This document shows positions 47,511-57,421 of a stretch of 64,000 nucleotides of DNA, in pieces. A program made the position numbers and the translations under genes. Position 1 is the stretch's first letter. The number at the start of each line of letters is the position of its first letter. The notes below the pieces were generated by a model. It saw only the letters and a list, made by a program, of their open reading frames with translations, had not been told where the DNA came from and ran no database searches. The stretch is from a virus. The stretch is from the IMG/VR virus record IMGVR_UViG_3300046171_000314, positions 32,001 through 96,000 of that record. One strand, 5' to 3'.

Positions 47511-48122
47511 ATGAATAGAAGCGTTTACTCCGATTGGGACGACTTTACTGTGGGAGATGATTATGTTTATTGTGAAGAGGACTTTAAGACCTTTCAATAT
47601 CTTGTCGACAAGTTAGAGAAACAAACAAAGAAAGGCATCGATGCTCTTTTACAAAAACACGGTTTCGGAAATCTGACAGTAGACTTTTTTGACATAGAAG
47701 AAACCGAAATGGATGAAGATGGTTACGATATTCATGCCGTAATGTTTTTCAATGGTAAAGGAATCTCTACCTCAAAACTGCAAGAGATTACTTTCACTCT
47801 CACAGGCGATGTGTCCCTCAACACAGAAGAATATGAGTATATGGGCACAGTTCAATCTTGGATGGAATCCCCTCCATATGAGGTTGGCTACATTGAGGTT
47901 ATCTGCCCTGATCGGAAGATAAGTTCCTTTGAGATTATTAAGGGAAAACGTGCAAGTTCTAGTTTTTCGGCTAATGCCTTTATTAAGGCAATTGATGAAT
48001 ACTTAAATAATTTTAGCAAATCGAGAAGAGCCTCAGATTTGGCAAGAGTCCGAAAAAAGAGAGCACATCAAATCTCCAAGAGAAGAAAGCGTTCTAGTGG
48101 GTGCAATTGTCGTAAAAAATAA
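47511..48122 (+). CDS. acidic protein with basic tail (KRAS/RRAS junctions), putative virion protein
   Basis: Late motif upstream; inserted between nrdJ and recD2. Confidence 0.6.
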   Translation: MNRSVYSDWDDFTVGDDYVYCEEDFKTFQYLVDKLEKQTKKGIDALLQKHGFGNLTVDFFDIEETEMDEDGYDIHAVMFFNGKGISTSKLQEITFTLTGDVSLNTEEYEYMGTVQSWMESPPYEVGYIEVICPDRKISSFEIIKGKRASSSFSANAFIKAIDEYLNNFSKSRRASDLARVRKKRAHQISKRRKRSSGCNCRKK

Positions 48123-48149
48123 ACCTTGTGTTATAATTCTCCTTTGTTT

Positions 48150-48182
48150 TCCCCTCCAACATTATGTTGGGGGGGTTTTTTT
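48150..48182 (+). terminator. intrinsic terminator
   Basis: CCCCTCCAAC-ATTAT-GTTGGGGGGG followed by T-run. Confidence 0.7.
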
Positions 48183-48209
48183 ATTTGCAAACAAATGGGG
48201 GTGTTGCTT

Positions 48210-48217
48210 CGGTATAA
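48210..48217 (+). promoter_or_regulatory. putative middle promoter (CGGTATA class)
   Basis: Recurrent TCGGTATA upstream of replication genes (also 50592, 54402, 62759). Confidence 0.55.
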
Positions 48218-48241
48218 ACCATTCAAACAATAGGAGATAGA

Positions 48242-50599
48242 ATGGAAAAGTACTCAGGCAAGATTCAAGCAGTTGTCTTCAAGAACCCTGATGATCATTT
48301 TTATATAATGAAAATACTTCTTGATAAAGTCCCATCAAATAAAGGCTTAACAAAAGAGGTCATTGCTACAGGGAAGGTTTTTGGGGTTCGTGTTCAAAAA
48401 GGTACTTGGCTATCTTTTGAGGCTAACATCACCAATCACGCTAAGTATGGAAACCAACTTAAAATAACAAAAGCCCCTGCATTTGATTCAAAGAATATGA
48501 CCCCAAAAACAATACAGGGGATTCTTCAGGGTCAAGGTGTTTCAGAACTTGTGGCTCGTGCAATAGTCAAAAAGTTCGGAGAGAGTACTTATGGTGTCTT
48601 ATCAGGGGAAGATGCCTCAGAAGCCCTTCAAAGCATATCAGGCATTAACATGATTAGTGCTGACTTCATTCTTCAAAAGTGGAGAGATTTCTTAGCCCTA
48701 CACCAAACGTTTTCCTTCTTCGAGAAGATAGGGTTGTCTAGCAAGAAATATCAGCAGGTTTTCGCTCACTTTGGATCTGATGCAAAAAAAATTATTTCAG
48801 AAGACCCTTACTTATTGACCGACATAGAGGGGATAACCTTTGAACAAGCAGATGCGGTGGCTTCTCATATAGGGATTCCAAAGAACTCTGTGAAGCGAAC
48901 ATCAGGCTTGGTCTTCTCTGCCTTAAAGTCCGATAGGTCTATGGGACATCTTTATCTAACTCCAAGACAAGTCTTTGACTTTGCTAGAAGAAAGGTTGGT
49001 TCTCTTACGGAAAGCGGTTTGTTGACATCTCTCATATACCTGCACAACCATAAGCGACTTGTTTTTAATATCCCTGACTTTGAATCATTGGGCAAGGTCT
49101 TTTCAGTGAAAGATTCTTTTGACTTGGAGGTATCTTCTCTATCCAAAGAAGAGAGGTATATCTTCTTTGAAAAGGGCTGTGTGTATTCTAAGTGGAATTT
49201 CTTAATAGAACAGAGAAGTGCTGAGATGCTTTTGAAAAGACGAGAGACTATATTGCAGGGAGGTAATGTTTGGACAGAGGTTGAAAAAACATTAGAGGAT
49301 GTTCTCTCGGATGACTCCATAGAAATCACTCTTTCTGAGTTACAAAAAGAAGCAATTGTTACCGCATTATCGAACCCTATCTCGGTTATCACAGGGCTTC
49401 CCGGAACAGGAAAAACCACAACCCTGAAAGTTCTTGTGAAGGTTCTTGATAGAGCAGGGATTACTTTTCAGATGGTTGCTCCAACCGCTATTGCTGCAAA
49501 GAGAATATCCCAAGTGACAAGCAAGCCTGCCTATACAATTCACCGAGCCTTTGGTTCAAAGGGCGGCAAAGATCAAGACAACGAAAGGGAGAACACTTAT
49601 TATGGAGTGGTTGGAGAAAAGAAGCCATCTAATTCGACAGAGAGTTCTCAAACCTTTGAGGGGTGGGAGAAAATGCTTTCGGCTAATATCTTGATTTGTG
49701 ATGAGGCAAGTATGGTCGATCAGCATCTTTTGTATCGTATGTTGAAAGGGACGCACGGTAGGTGTCAATTAGTCTTTGTCGGAGACCACGCACAGTTGCC
49801 AAGTGTGGGGGCAGGAGATGTACTGAAGAGTCTTCTACACTACTTTCCTTCTGTTGCTCTCACTGAAATCTTCCGACAAAGCGACACAAGTGATATTGTG
49901 TATGCCGCTCACGACATACACAAAGGTAACACCCCTGATTTGGGGGATACCTCCGACTCTGATTTTGTTTTTATTTCTTGCGAAAGCCACGTTCAGATTC
50001 AAAATCTTATTCTTAAATTATCTCAGAGAGTGTACGAAAAGAGAGTTCCTTTTCAAGTTTTATCTCCAAGACATTCAAGCGAGTTGGGAGTCACAGAACT
50101 CAATCAAAGATTGAGAGAACTACTAAACACCACAGAAGAGCAAAGTGTTATTCGAGTGGGTAGTCAGTTCTTACGAGAGAATGATCGAGTGATGATCACA
50201 AAGAATGATTACAATCGTTCTGTCTTCAATGGTGACACAGGCAAGATTTATCGTATTATGCAGGATAAAAAGGTCATTGTGAAAATACACGGAGAGCAAG
50301 ACTTCTATGTAGATTTCACACCCAACGAGATTTCAAAGTATTTGCGATTGGCATACTGTACAACGGTACATAAGATGCAGGGTCAGGAAACAGGGATAAT
50401 TATTATGCCCTTAGTTCGTATGTTTTCAAGTCAATTGCAAAGGAACTTGTTGTACACAGCAATAACAAGAGCCAAAGAAAAGGTCATTCTTATAGGACAT
50501 CAAGACTCTTTGATAAAAGCCATAGACAATGACAAAGCCTCAGAAAGAAACACAAGACTTTTGGACAGGCTGCAAGAATACGTTTTGGAATCGGTATAA
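48242..50599 (+). CDS. recD2: RecD2/TraA-family SF1B helicase
   Basis: HAKYGNQL, GLPGTGKTT, APTAIAAKR, TIHR, DEASMVD, GDHAQLPSVGAG, TVHKMQGQE, YTAITRAK. Confidence 0.95.
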   Translation: MEKYSGKIQAVVFKNPDDHFYIMKILLDKVPSNKGLTKEVIATGKVFGVRVQKGTWLSFEANITNHAKYGNQLKITKAPAFDSKNMTPKTIQGILQGQGVSELVARAIVKKFGESTYGVLSGEDASEALQSISGINMISADFILQKWRDFLALHQTFSFFEKIGLSSKKYQQVFAHFGSDAKKIISEDPYLLTDIEGITFEQADAVASHIGIPKNSVKRTSGLVFSALKSDRSMGHLYLTPRQVFDFARRKVGSLTESGLLTSLIYLHNHKRLVFNIPDFESLGKVFSVKDSFDLEVSSLSKEERYIFFEKGCVYSKWNFLIEQRSAEMLLKRRETILQGGNVWTEVEKTLEDVLSDDSIEITLSELQKEAIVTALSNPISVITGLPGTGKTTTLKVLVKVLDRAGITFQMVAPTAIAAKRISQVTSKPAYTIHRAFGSKGGKDQDNERENTYYGVVGEKKPSNSTESSQTFEGWEKMLSANILICDEASMVDQHLLYRMLKGTHGRCQLVFVGDHAQLPSVGAGDVLKSLLHYFPSVALTEIFRQSDTSDIVYAAHDIHKGNTPDLGDTSDSDFVFISCESHVQIQNLILKLSQRVYEKRVPFQVLSPRHSSELGVTELNQRLRELLNTTEEQSVIRVGSQFLRENDRVMITKNDYNRSVFNGDTGKIYRIMQDKKVIVKIHGEQDFYVDFTPNEISKYLRLAYCTTVHKMQGQETGIIIMPLVRMFSSQLQRNLLYTAITRAKEKVILIGHQDSLIKAIDNDKASERNTRLLDRLQEYVLESV

Positions 50600-50615
50600 G
50601 AACACAGAGGATATT

Positions 50616-50915
50616 ATGAGAACTTTAGAAGAAATACAAAAAGGACTATTGGTGGGACAGGTAACCGCCACTAGAACTCTTAGGAGTAAGTCAGGAGACA
50701 TCATCACTTCAATCATTGGTGAGTGGGGCAGTGATACAAACAAACTCAGTTTGAAAGAGGTACAGGTCGCCTACCTATTGGTTTCTCGTGAAGCCGATAT
50801 AGGGGCTTTACGGTCACAATATGCCAAAGGGCTAGTAGATGCCATTGAATTTGAAACACAATTGCAGAGTATGAAATATCGGTATGAAGAACAGATAAAG
50901 GAGATATCAAAATGA
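50616..50915 (+). CDS. hypothetical protein
   Basis: GAGGA RBS before MRTLEE. Confidence 0.65.
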   Translation: MRTLEEIQKGLLVGQVTATRTLRSKSGDIITSIIGEWGSDTNKLSLKEVQVAYLLVSREADIGALRSQYAKGLVDAIEFETQLQSMKYRYEEQIKEISK

Positions 50916-51574
50916 CAACACAAATACCTGAAATAACTCAAGAGTACATCGACAAGATTTTCGAGGAACTTGGGAAAATGCAAATCGTCTTAGACAAAGA
51001 ACCTTTACGATTTGGTCCGAGCCGCCTTAATGAAAAGGTTGCAGTGACAAGAAATATGCTCACAAGATGCGAGCAACTTTTTAATTCGGTTTCGCACCAT
51101 TTGCAGTTGTACTCTTTGGAGAAGAGAAAAGCCGATCTTACTTTTTCCCTCAATGAGAAAAATCTTATCGCTAACGATCCTGAGGTTCGTGCAGGAAGGA
51201 ACTTGAAGGACAGAGAGGCAGTTGCTCATTTGAAACTTAGAAAAGAAATAGAAAGCCTGACTTTTTTGGAAGCCACTGTTCATAATTTGGAGATTGTATT
51301 GTCTATGGTAAAAGCCAAACGTTCAGATCTTCGTGATGTACAAGGCAGGCTCAAAGACCAAATCAAGTTGTGTCAGGAAGATATCGGCATTGGTCGCAGA
51401 TGGGGTCACGAAAAAACACAAGCCTCCCCTAAACCCATTGTCACCCCTGATATGGCAGAGGAACTTTTGTCTCCTATCAATGAATCTTATCAAGCCGAGC
51501 AAGTCACCGAGCAAGATGTGAGTGAGGGTTTGGTGGATATCGACGCTTTACTAGACAGTGTTGATCAATATTAA
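50912..51574 (+). CDS. coiled-coil hypothetical protein
   Basis: 220 aa, helical. Confidence 0.7.
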   Translation: MTTQIPEITQEYIDKIFEELGKMQIVLDKEPLRFGPSRLNEKVAVTRNMLTRCEQLFNSVSHHLQLYSLEKRKADLTFSLNEKNLIANDPEVRAGRNLKDREAVAHLKLRKEIESLTFLEATVHNLEIVLSMVKAKRSDLRDVQGRLKDQIKLCQEDIGIGRRWGHEKTQASPKPIVTPDMAEELLSPINESYQAEQVTEQDVSEGLVDIDALLDSVDQY

Positions 51575-51704
51575 TTTTTTTCACCAACAACGATCAATTA
51601 TAGATCGGAACTTGGTATAACTACTCGGCACTAACATTTTGTGCCTTTCTATAAACCTCGCACTAACAAAATAACAAATGTGCATTTTACATAAGGAGAT
51701 TCCT

Positions 51705-52460
51705 ATGAGTGGATTCATGGAATTTGATCTCGGTAATACCGATAAAGCAATAAAAAAACCTGCATCTCGATTTAAAGTCGAAGATGGCAAATCATATCGT
51801 GTCAGCCTTGCTTGGTGGATGCCCCTCAGTGGCTCTGACTCCAAGTTTGATTTCGAGTCTAACCCTAAGTTTGTGAAAGCGGCTCGCTACTACAAGCAAG
51901 GACTTGGTTATGTCATTCACGATGAAAGTGTTGGAGCGGAGTTGAAACGACTTATGGGGGGCAATCCTCAAGAGCGATTTGCAACCATTCTCATTCAGTG
52001 GAAAACAAGTGATGATGGAACTCTTGATCAAAACGCTTTCGTACAAGGTCGTGACTACAAAGTCTTATCTTGGATTATGTCACAAGAGAAACTTACAACC
52101 ATTCTTCGTGTTCACAAAAACTTCGGCATCAGCGAAGTGGATATTAATATTACCTGTCCTAAAGGCGGCTCACAGTATCAGAAGATGGATATTATGCCCA
52201 TAAACCGCTCTTTCAAAAATGTAAAGCACGGAAACCTCCTCCGCTTTGCTATGGAAAGTGACAAAGAAGGTATGACAGCGATGGCTTCCAAGATTTACAA
52301 AGAGGTACAAGACACTGCTGAGACCATTAGAGATCAGATTGGTCGTCAATATTCTATCTCTGAAATCAAAGAGAAGTTGGGCTTGGAAGACAACACAGCC
52401 ACTGCTGATGTTGGTGTAGACAATGCTGATGATATTTTGGATAACATCTACCCTGTCTAA
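51705..52460 (+). CDS. putative single-stranded DNA-binding protein
   Basis: AGGAG RBS; acidic tail DNADDILDNI; located beside ruvC/recA. Confidence 0.45.
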   Translation: MSGFMEFDLGNTDKAIKKPASRFKVEDGKSYRVSLAWWMPLSGSDSKFDFESNPKFVKAARYYKQGLGYVIHDESVGAELKRLMGGNPQERFATILIQWKTSDDGTLDQNAFVQGRDYKVLSWIMSQEKLTTILRVHKNFGISEVDINITCPKGGSQYQKMDIMPINRSFKNVKHGNLLRFAMESDKEGMTAMASKIYKEVQDTAETIRDQIGRQYSISEIKEKLGLEDNTATADVGVDNADDILDNIYPV

Positions 52461-52530
52461 TTCAACAACTATCTTGATGATTGAGGGGTGAGGGTATTTT
52501 TCCTTTGCCCCTTTTTTATTGGAGTCTTTT

Positions 52531-53160
52531 ATGAAAATACTTGGTCTTGACCCCTCTCTCACCAATTTTGGTTGGTGTTTTATAGATGACGATGGCTCTA
52601 CTGTGATAGAACGAGGTCGCTTCAAAACAACCTCCAAGCAAATCTTTATTGAACGTTATGTACAACTTAGAGGGGAACTTTCGGATCTCATAGATAGGTT
52701 GAAACCTGATCGAATAGGGATTGAGAGTCCTATTTTCAATGATATGTTCAGTGAAGGAATGTACGGTCTCTTCCTTTTCTGTAACGAGGTCTTTATGACC
52801 AAAAAGAAAGATGTGGCTTTCTTTTCTCCTCCGCAAGTGAAGAGCCACGCTTTTGTTTTCCTAAAGCGACCTAAGGGTTGGAAGATGAAAAAGCAGGATA
52901 TGTGCGAAGCATCTAGAACTAAGTCAGGTGGTGGAAAATGGAATCACAATGAAGCAGATGCCTATTGGGTTGGGGTGACCGCCTACAGGTTTTGGCAATA
53001 CTACGATCAAGTTCTTTCGGTGGATGATCTTACAGAAAAAGAAAAACACCAATTTACAAGAATTCATACATTTAAGAGAGGAAAGAAGATCGGAGAGACA
53101 GTAAAAAGCGGTTTAATACATAGGGAAGATGATCGATTTTTCCTTTGGTCACAAAAATAA
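52531..53160 (+). CDS. ruvC: RuvC-like Holliday junction resolvase
   Basis: ILGLDPSLTNFGW, IGIESP, PPQVK, HNEADA. Confidence 0.85.
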   Translation: MKILGLDPSLTNFGWCFIDDDGSTVIERGRFKTTSKQIFIERYVQLRGELSDLIDRLKPDRIGIESPIFNDMFSEGMYGLFLFCNEVFMTKKKDVAFFSPPQVKSHAFVFLKRPKGWKMKKQDMCEASRTKSGGGKWNHNEADAYWVGVTAYRFWQYYDQVLSVDDLTEKEKHQFTRIHTFKRGKKIGETVKSGLIHREDDRFFLWSQK

Positions 53161-53174
53161 ATTAGGAGGCTATT

Positions 53175-54392
53175 ATGGCTAGAAAAACTAAGAAGTCATC
53201 AGCAAAACCAAAGCAAAATGTGAGTGCTTTGGCTAATGCTATGTCAAAAATGAATACTGTTTTCAAGGGGGAGGATGTTGTTGTTTCGTTAGATATCTCT
53301 TCTATGAAACAATCTGTTCCTCATATCCCCACAGGTGCTCTTGCAGTGGATTACTTGATAGGGGGTCGCCCAAATCGTTACGGTGTAGCCCCCTGTCCGG
53401 GACTCCCCAAAGGTCGTATTCTGAACCTTTATGGACACGAGGGCAGCGGCAAGACAACACTTGCTTTGACTACTGTTGCACAGGTTTGTGCCACAGGAGG
53501 GACTGTCTGTTATATAGATTTTGAAAATGCCATTGTGCCTGATTATGCCGCACAAATAGGTGTGCCCATTGAAGATCCAAACAAGTTCTTATTGGTATCC
53601 CCTGAAACCCTCGAAGATGGCATCAAGATAATGTACATTATGTTGAGTGAAGGTGTTGATCTTATCTGTATTGATTCTGTTGGAGCAGGAGTTCCAAAAA
53701 TCGAGTTTGAAAAATCGATCAAAGATACAGACAAACACGCAAAGGTTGGGGAACTTGCACGACTATGGTCGGGACATCTCCCTAAGTTGAAACAAATCGC
53801 ATCAAAGAAAGGCACAACGATTATCGCCATTTCTCAGATCAGAGATAAGATTGGGGGGATGGGCTATGGAGAGCAATCCACTGTTCAAGGGGGTAAGGCA
53901 TGGAAGTTCTATGCGGCTCTCAGAATGAAACTCAGGCGAGTACAACAAGTTAAGGGCAAGGTTTTCAATGCCATCACAGGTCGTTATGAAGACCAAACAA
54001 TTGGGTCTGTTACACGAGCCAAGTTAGACAAGTGTAAAGTAAGTTCTTCTCAAGGTCAAGAGATAGACTTCCATCTTCGACAAGGCGAGGGGATTGACAA
54101 TGCAAGCACCCTCATTGACATTGCAGCAGCACACGGATTCATCAAGAAAGGTGGTTCTTGGTATACTTGGGAAAGACCTCACGCACAAGACATCAAAGTG
54201 CAGGGTTCTGAGAAACTTCGTGAAATGCTCCTAGATGACGATGCCCTCTTTGATGAACTTTGGGCACACTGCATACCGTTATTGTCAGGGGGCAAAGCGG
54301 AAGAAGGAGTCATTCTTGGAGATGACACTCCTGAGGAAGCCTCTGAGTATTCAGACAAAGACCTGTTGAAGGACTTGAAAGATTTAGAATAG
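53175..54392 (+). CDS. recA: recombinase A
   Basis: IPTG, GLPKGRI, GHEGSGKTTL, IDSV, QIRDKIG, GGKAWKFYA, IKKGGSWY. Confidence 0.97.
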   Translation: MARKTKKSSAKPKQNVSALANAMSKMNTVFKGEDVVVSLDISSMKQSVPHIPTGALAVDYLIGGRPNRYGVAPCPGLPKGRILNLYGHEGSGKTTLALTTVAQVCATGGTVCYIDFENAIVPDYAAQIGVPIEDPNKFLLVSPETLEDGIKIMYIMLSEGVDLICIDSVGAGVPKIEFEKSIKDTDKHAKVGELARLWSGHLPKLKQIASKKGTTIIAISQIRDKIGGMGYGEQSTVQGGKAWKFYAALRMKLRRVQQVKGKVFNAITGRYEDQTIGSVTRAKLDKCKVSSSQGQEIDFHLRQGEGIDNASTLIDIAAAHGFIKKGGSWYTWERPHAQDIKVQGSEKLREMLLDDDALFDELWAHCIPLLSGGKAEEGVILGDDTPEEASEYSDKDLLKDLKDLE

Positions 54393-54452
54393 TATTGTTT
54401 TCGGTATAAAGAGAGGGGGGTAGTCCCCTCTCATTTTAATTAGGGAGATCTT

Positions 54453-55523
54453 GTGGTAAAAGTACAAGTAAAAAACTTTCAATCTATCAAAAGTGCTACC
54501 GTAGAGATTGAAGGATTTACGGTCATAACAGGGAAGAACAACTCAGGGAAGACCGCTTTGCAAAGGGCGGTTCGTGGTGTTTTTGAGAACGCACGAGGAC
54601 ATTCTTTTGTTCGACATGGGGAGGATAGTTGTGAAGTTTCTGTTTCCTTTGAAGATGGGAATAAGGTTACTTGGCACAAAGGCAAGAAAGAAAACAAGTA
54701 TGTTATCAATGGAAAAACTTACGACAAGGTTGGTTCAGGCACTCCTGAACCCCTGAGAGATTTCGGTGTATACCCTATCACCTGTGGGGGTAAGGTTATC
54801 TCCCCCCAAATCGCACCGCAGTTCACAGGACAAGTATTTCTTTTGAATGAAACAGGTGCAGTTTTGGCAGAGGCTGTTTCAGATGTCGAGCGTGTGTCTG
54901 TGTTGAACAAGGCTCTCAAAGAGTCGGAAAAGGATAAGAGATCCGCAAGTTCTGAGTTGAAAATCAGGAAGAAGGATTTGAAAGGTCTTGAAGAGTCCTT
55001 GCTTTTTTATGAAGGCTTGGAAGACTTGGGTGGTGAAATAGAAGACCTAGATGCTTTACAGCAGGAATTAAAACAAACTCAAGAATCCTTATCGGAACTA
55101 ATTTCTCTTAGAGATAGATATAAGACAGCACAAAGTATCGTCTCACACCTAGAGGATGTCGGAAATTTGAGTATTCCGAATGAATCCTTGTCGGAAATCT
55201 CAAACAACGTGTCCGACTTACGCTCCTTTCAAAGTAGATTGGTTCGGTGTGATAAAAATATTTCTTTATTAGAACGTATTCTTAATGGAGTGCAACCCTA
55301 TGTCAGTGTTTTGGAAGAGAGCACCGTAGGGATGGATAGATGTTCCTCAGGGATTTATCTTCTTCAGGGATATCAGGACAGGGTATTGTCTTCTTATTCA
55401 GAGGTTGCCTCTATACAACAAGAAATCGCTTCGGTTGAGGCTCAGTTAGAGCAGATAGCAGAAGAGTTGCAGGCTTCACTAGAGGAACATTCTGAATGTC
55501 CTTTATGCGGAGGTGCTGTGTGA
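54453..55523 (+). CDS. sbcC: SbcC/Rad50-like ATPase, N-terminal half ending at the Zn hook
   Basis: VKNFQS, GKNNSGKT, Q-loop, coiled coil, terminal CPLCG. Confidence 0.85.
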   Translation: MVKVQVKNFQSIKSATVEIEGFTVITGKNNSGKTALQRAVRGVFENARGHSFVRHGEDSCEVSVSFEDGNKVTWHKGKKENKYVINGKTYDKVGSGTPEPLRDFGVYPITCGGKVISPQIAPQFTGQVFLLNETGAVLAEAVSDVERVSVLNKALKESEKDKRSASSELKIRKKDLKGLEESLLFYEGLEDLGGEIEDLDALQQELKQTQESLSELISLRDRYKTAQSIVSHLEDVGNLSIPNESLSEISNNVSDLRSFQSRLVRCDKNISLLERILNGVQPYVSVLEESTVGMDRCSSGIYLLQGYQDRVLSSYSEVASIQQEIASVEAQLEQIAEELQASLEEHSECPLCGGAV

Positions 55524-55633
55524 CAAATTTTATCTTGTTTTTCTGTGCGGTGTTCTTGTCTTTCCTTCTTTACTCAGGACTTTCTTACCTATACCACCGT
55601 TGGAAATGGGATCGATTTGGAAGAGATGATTAA
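55520..55633 (+). CDS. 37-aa membrane peptide
   Basis: GGAGG RBS, GTG start, hydrophobic FILFFCAVFLSFLLY. Confidence 0.45.
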   Translation: MTNFILFFCAVFLSFLLYSGLSYLYHRWKWDRFGRDD

Positions 55634-55672
55634 TATCTTTTGTTGTTTCGGTAGTTCTATCGGAGGTTATTT

Positions 55673-56641
55673 ATGAAACTTATATGGCGAACAGACATAC
55701 ACCTTTCTGACAAGACACCTGTGAGCAGGAAGGACAATTGGAAAGAAACAATATTTAAGAAGATTCAGCAGGTCGGAAAGATCGCAGAAAAACACGATGC
55801 AGTTGCTGTTCTAGATGGGGGTGACTTCTTCGATATCAAGTCGCCTTCACGGAACTCACACGAACTTGTTAGGGAAGTTCTCGATGTTCATAAGGAATAC
55901 CCTTGCCCTGTCTATGCGAATGTGGGCAACCACGATTGTGTATATGGTGATTATCAATTCTTGCCACAACAACCTCTTGGGGTTCTGTTCTCAAGTGGGT
56001 GTTTTCAAAGGCTCTATGACGAGCACGAGGTCACCTTTGAAAAAGATGGTGTCAAGGTTCGGGTTGTGGGCGTTCCCTATCACGGTGTTGAATATGATAT
56101 GGAAAGATTCAAAAGCATAAAGAAGGGGGACGAGGATTGGCTTGTCTGTATTGCCCACGTTCTTGCTTCTGAGAAAGGCGGTACAATGTTTGAGGGGGAG
56201 GATATCGTCAAGTATAGCGACTTGACCGATCTAGACCCTGATGTATTTTGTTTTGGGCATTGGCACAAGAATCAAGGGATTAAGAGTATCTCTCACACAA
56301 GACAACAATGGGTTGTGAACATAGGTTCTCTTTCAAGGGGTAGTCTCACACAGGACAACTTAGACCGAGTGCCTTGTGTGGCATTAATGGAATTCAATAA
56401 AGAGGGCATACATCTCATAGAGATACCTCTTGAGATAGAAGATGCTGAGGAGGTCTTTGACATTGAAAAACGATTACAAGAGCAGGTTCGTGAGGACACA
56501 ATGAATCAACTTGTTTCGAGCATACAAACGAAGTTAGAGTCTACACAAGGACTAGACCTTCGGTCTGCTGTCAAGGCATTAGATCTCCCTGATACAGTGA
56601 AGGAACGAGCCATCTCATATATAGAAAAAGTAGACCGATAA
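55673..56641 (+). CDS. sbcD: SbcD/Mre11-like nuclease
   Basis: TDIHL, GGDFFD, VGNHD, GHWH, NIGSLSR. Confidence 0.9.
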   Translation: MKLIWRTDIHLSDKTPVSRKDNWKETIFKKIQQVGKIAEKHDAVAVLDGGDFFDIKSPSRNSHELVREVLDVHKEYPCPVYANVGNHDCVYGDYQFLPQQPLGVLFSSGCFQRLYDEHEVTFEKDGVKVRVVGVPYHGVEYDMERFKSIKKGDEDWLVCIAHVLASEKGGTMFEGEDIVKYSDLTDLDPDVFCFGHWHKNQGIKSISHTRQQWVVNIGSLSRGSLTQDNLDRVPCVALMEFNKEGIHLIEIPLEIEDAEEVFDIEKRLQEQVREDTMNQLVSSIQTKLESTQGLDLRSAVKALDLPDTVKERAISYIEKVDR

Positions 56642-56651
56642 TCTCCCTATA
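56637..56651 (+). promoter_or_regulatory. putative late promoter
   Basis: GATAAT-CTCC-CTATA. Confidence 0.65.
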
Positions 56652-56687
56652 TTTTCATCTTCTTATGAACCATAGGAGAAATTTATT

Positions 56688-57032
56688 ATGTCTGATAAGA
56701 ATTTAAGAAAGAAACTAATACGCCTTGCTCATACAAACCCTGAACTCCGAAAGGACTTGCTTCCTTTGTTGAAAGAGGCTGCGGAAACTCCTAATGAATG
56801 GTTTGACGCTTTCAGTGATTGGTGGGGTGGTATTAAGAACAGCATCCTTGCTGACGATGATAATGAAGTTCGTAACTCTCTTGGTTGGGATCTTTATCAA
56901 ATTTGTGTTGGCTATGATCAAAGTTCGAAAAGTCGAAAGGATAATGCACAGAGGGCTATTGATCAGTTTTCTAAGCGTCTTATGAAAGAGATTGATGTTC
57001 TCAATAAAAAAGCAGATGACCTTAAAAAATAA
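56688..57032 (+). CDS. IRLAHxNPELR-leader putative virion protein
   Basis: MSDKNLRKKLIRLAHTNPELRKDLLPLLKEA then unique domain. Confidence 0.75.
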   Translation: MSDKNLRKKLIRLAHTNPELRKDLLPLLKEAAETPNEWFDAFSDWWGGIKNSILADDDNEVRNSLGWDLYQICVGYDQSSKSRKDNAQRAIDQFSKRLMKEIDVLNKKADDLKK

Positions 57033-57046
57033 GACTTGGGGAAAAA

Positions 57047-57397
57047 ATGTCAGACTTACGCAGTAAAATTATCCGTTTGGCTCACGCAAACCCTGAACTC
57101 CGCAAAGACTTGCTTCCCTTGTTGAAAGAGGCTGTTCCGATGGTATCGAACTATGACATAAATGGATACTTCAATAGCCCACAGGAATACCTTGATGCGG
57201 AAGAGGTTCTTTTCAAGAAGAGACTTATTATGGACAACACCAATTGGAATGACAGTGGATCGCAAACGGGTTCTTTTCTGTATGCGGTTTCCCCAAAGAA
57301 TGTTCGTAAGGTCGAACAGATTATTAAGAAAATGGGTGGCACGATTACAAGTAAGGTTGCTCGTGGCGAAGATGGACAAGAGATAGTAGCAAGATAG
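57047..57397 (+). CDS. IRLAHxNPELR-leader putative virion protein
   Basis: MSDLRSKIIRLAHANPELRKDLLPLLKEA then unrelated domain. Confidence 0.75.
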   Translation: MSDLRSKIIRLAHANPELRKDLLPLLKEAVPMVSNYDINGYFNSPQEYLDAEEVLFKKRLIMDNTNWNDSGSQTGSFLYAVSPKNVRKVEQIIKKMGGTITSKVARGEDGQEIVAR

Positions 57398-57421
57398 TAG
57401 ATACACTCTTTCATCCTAATC

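Noticed and set aside
45503-54392. Introns or inteins in nrdJ, recD2 or recA
   Set aside because: Lengths are normal and motifs contiguous; no intein or homing-endonuclease signatures
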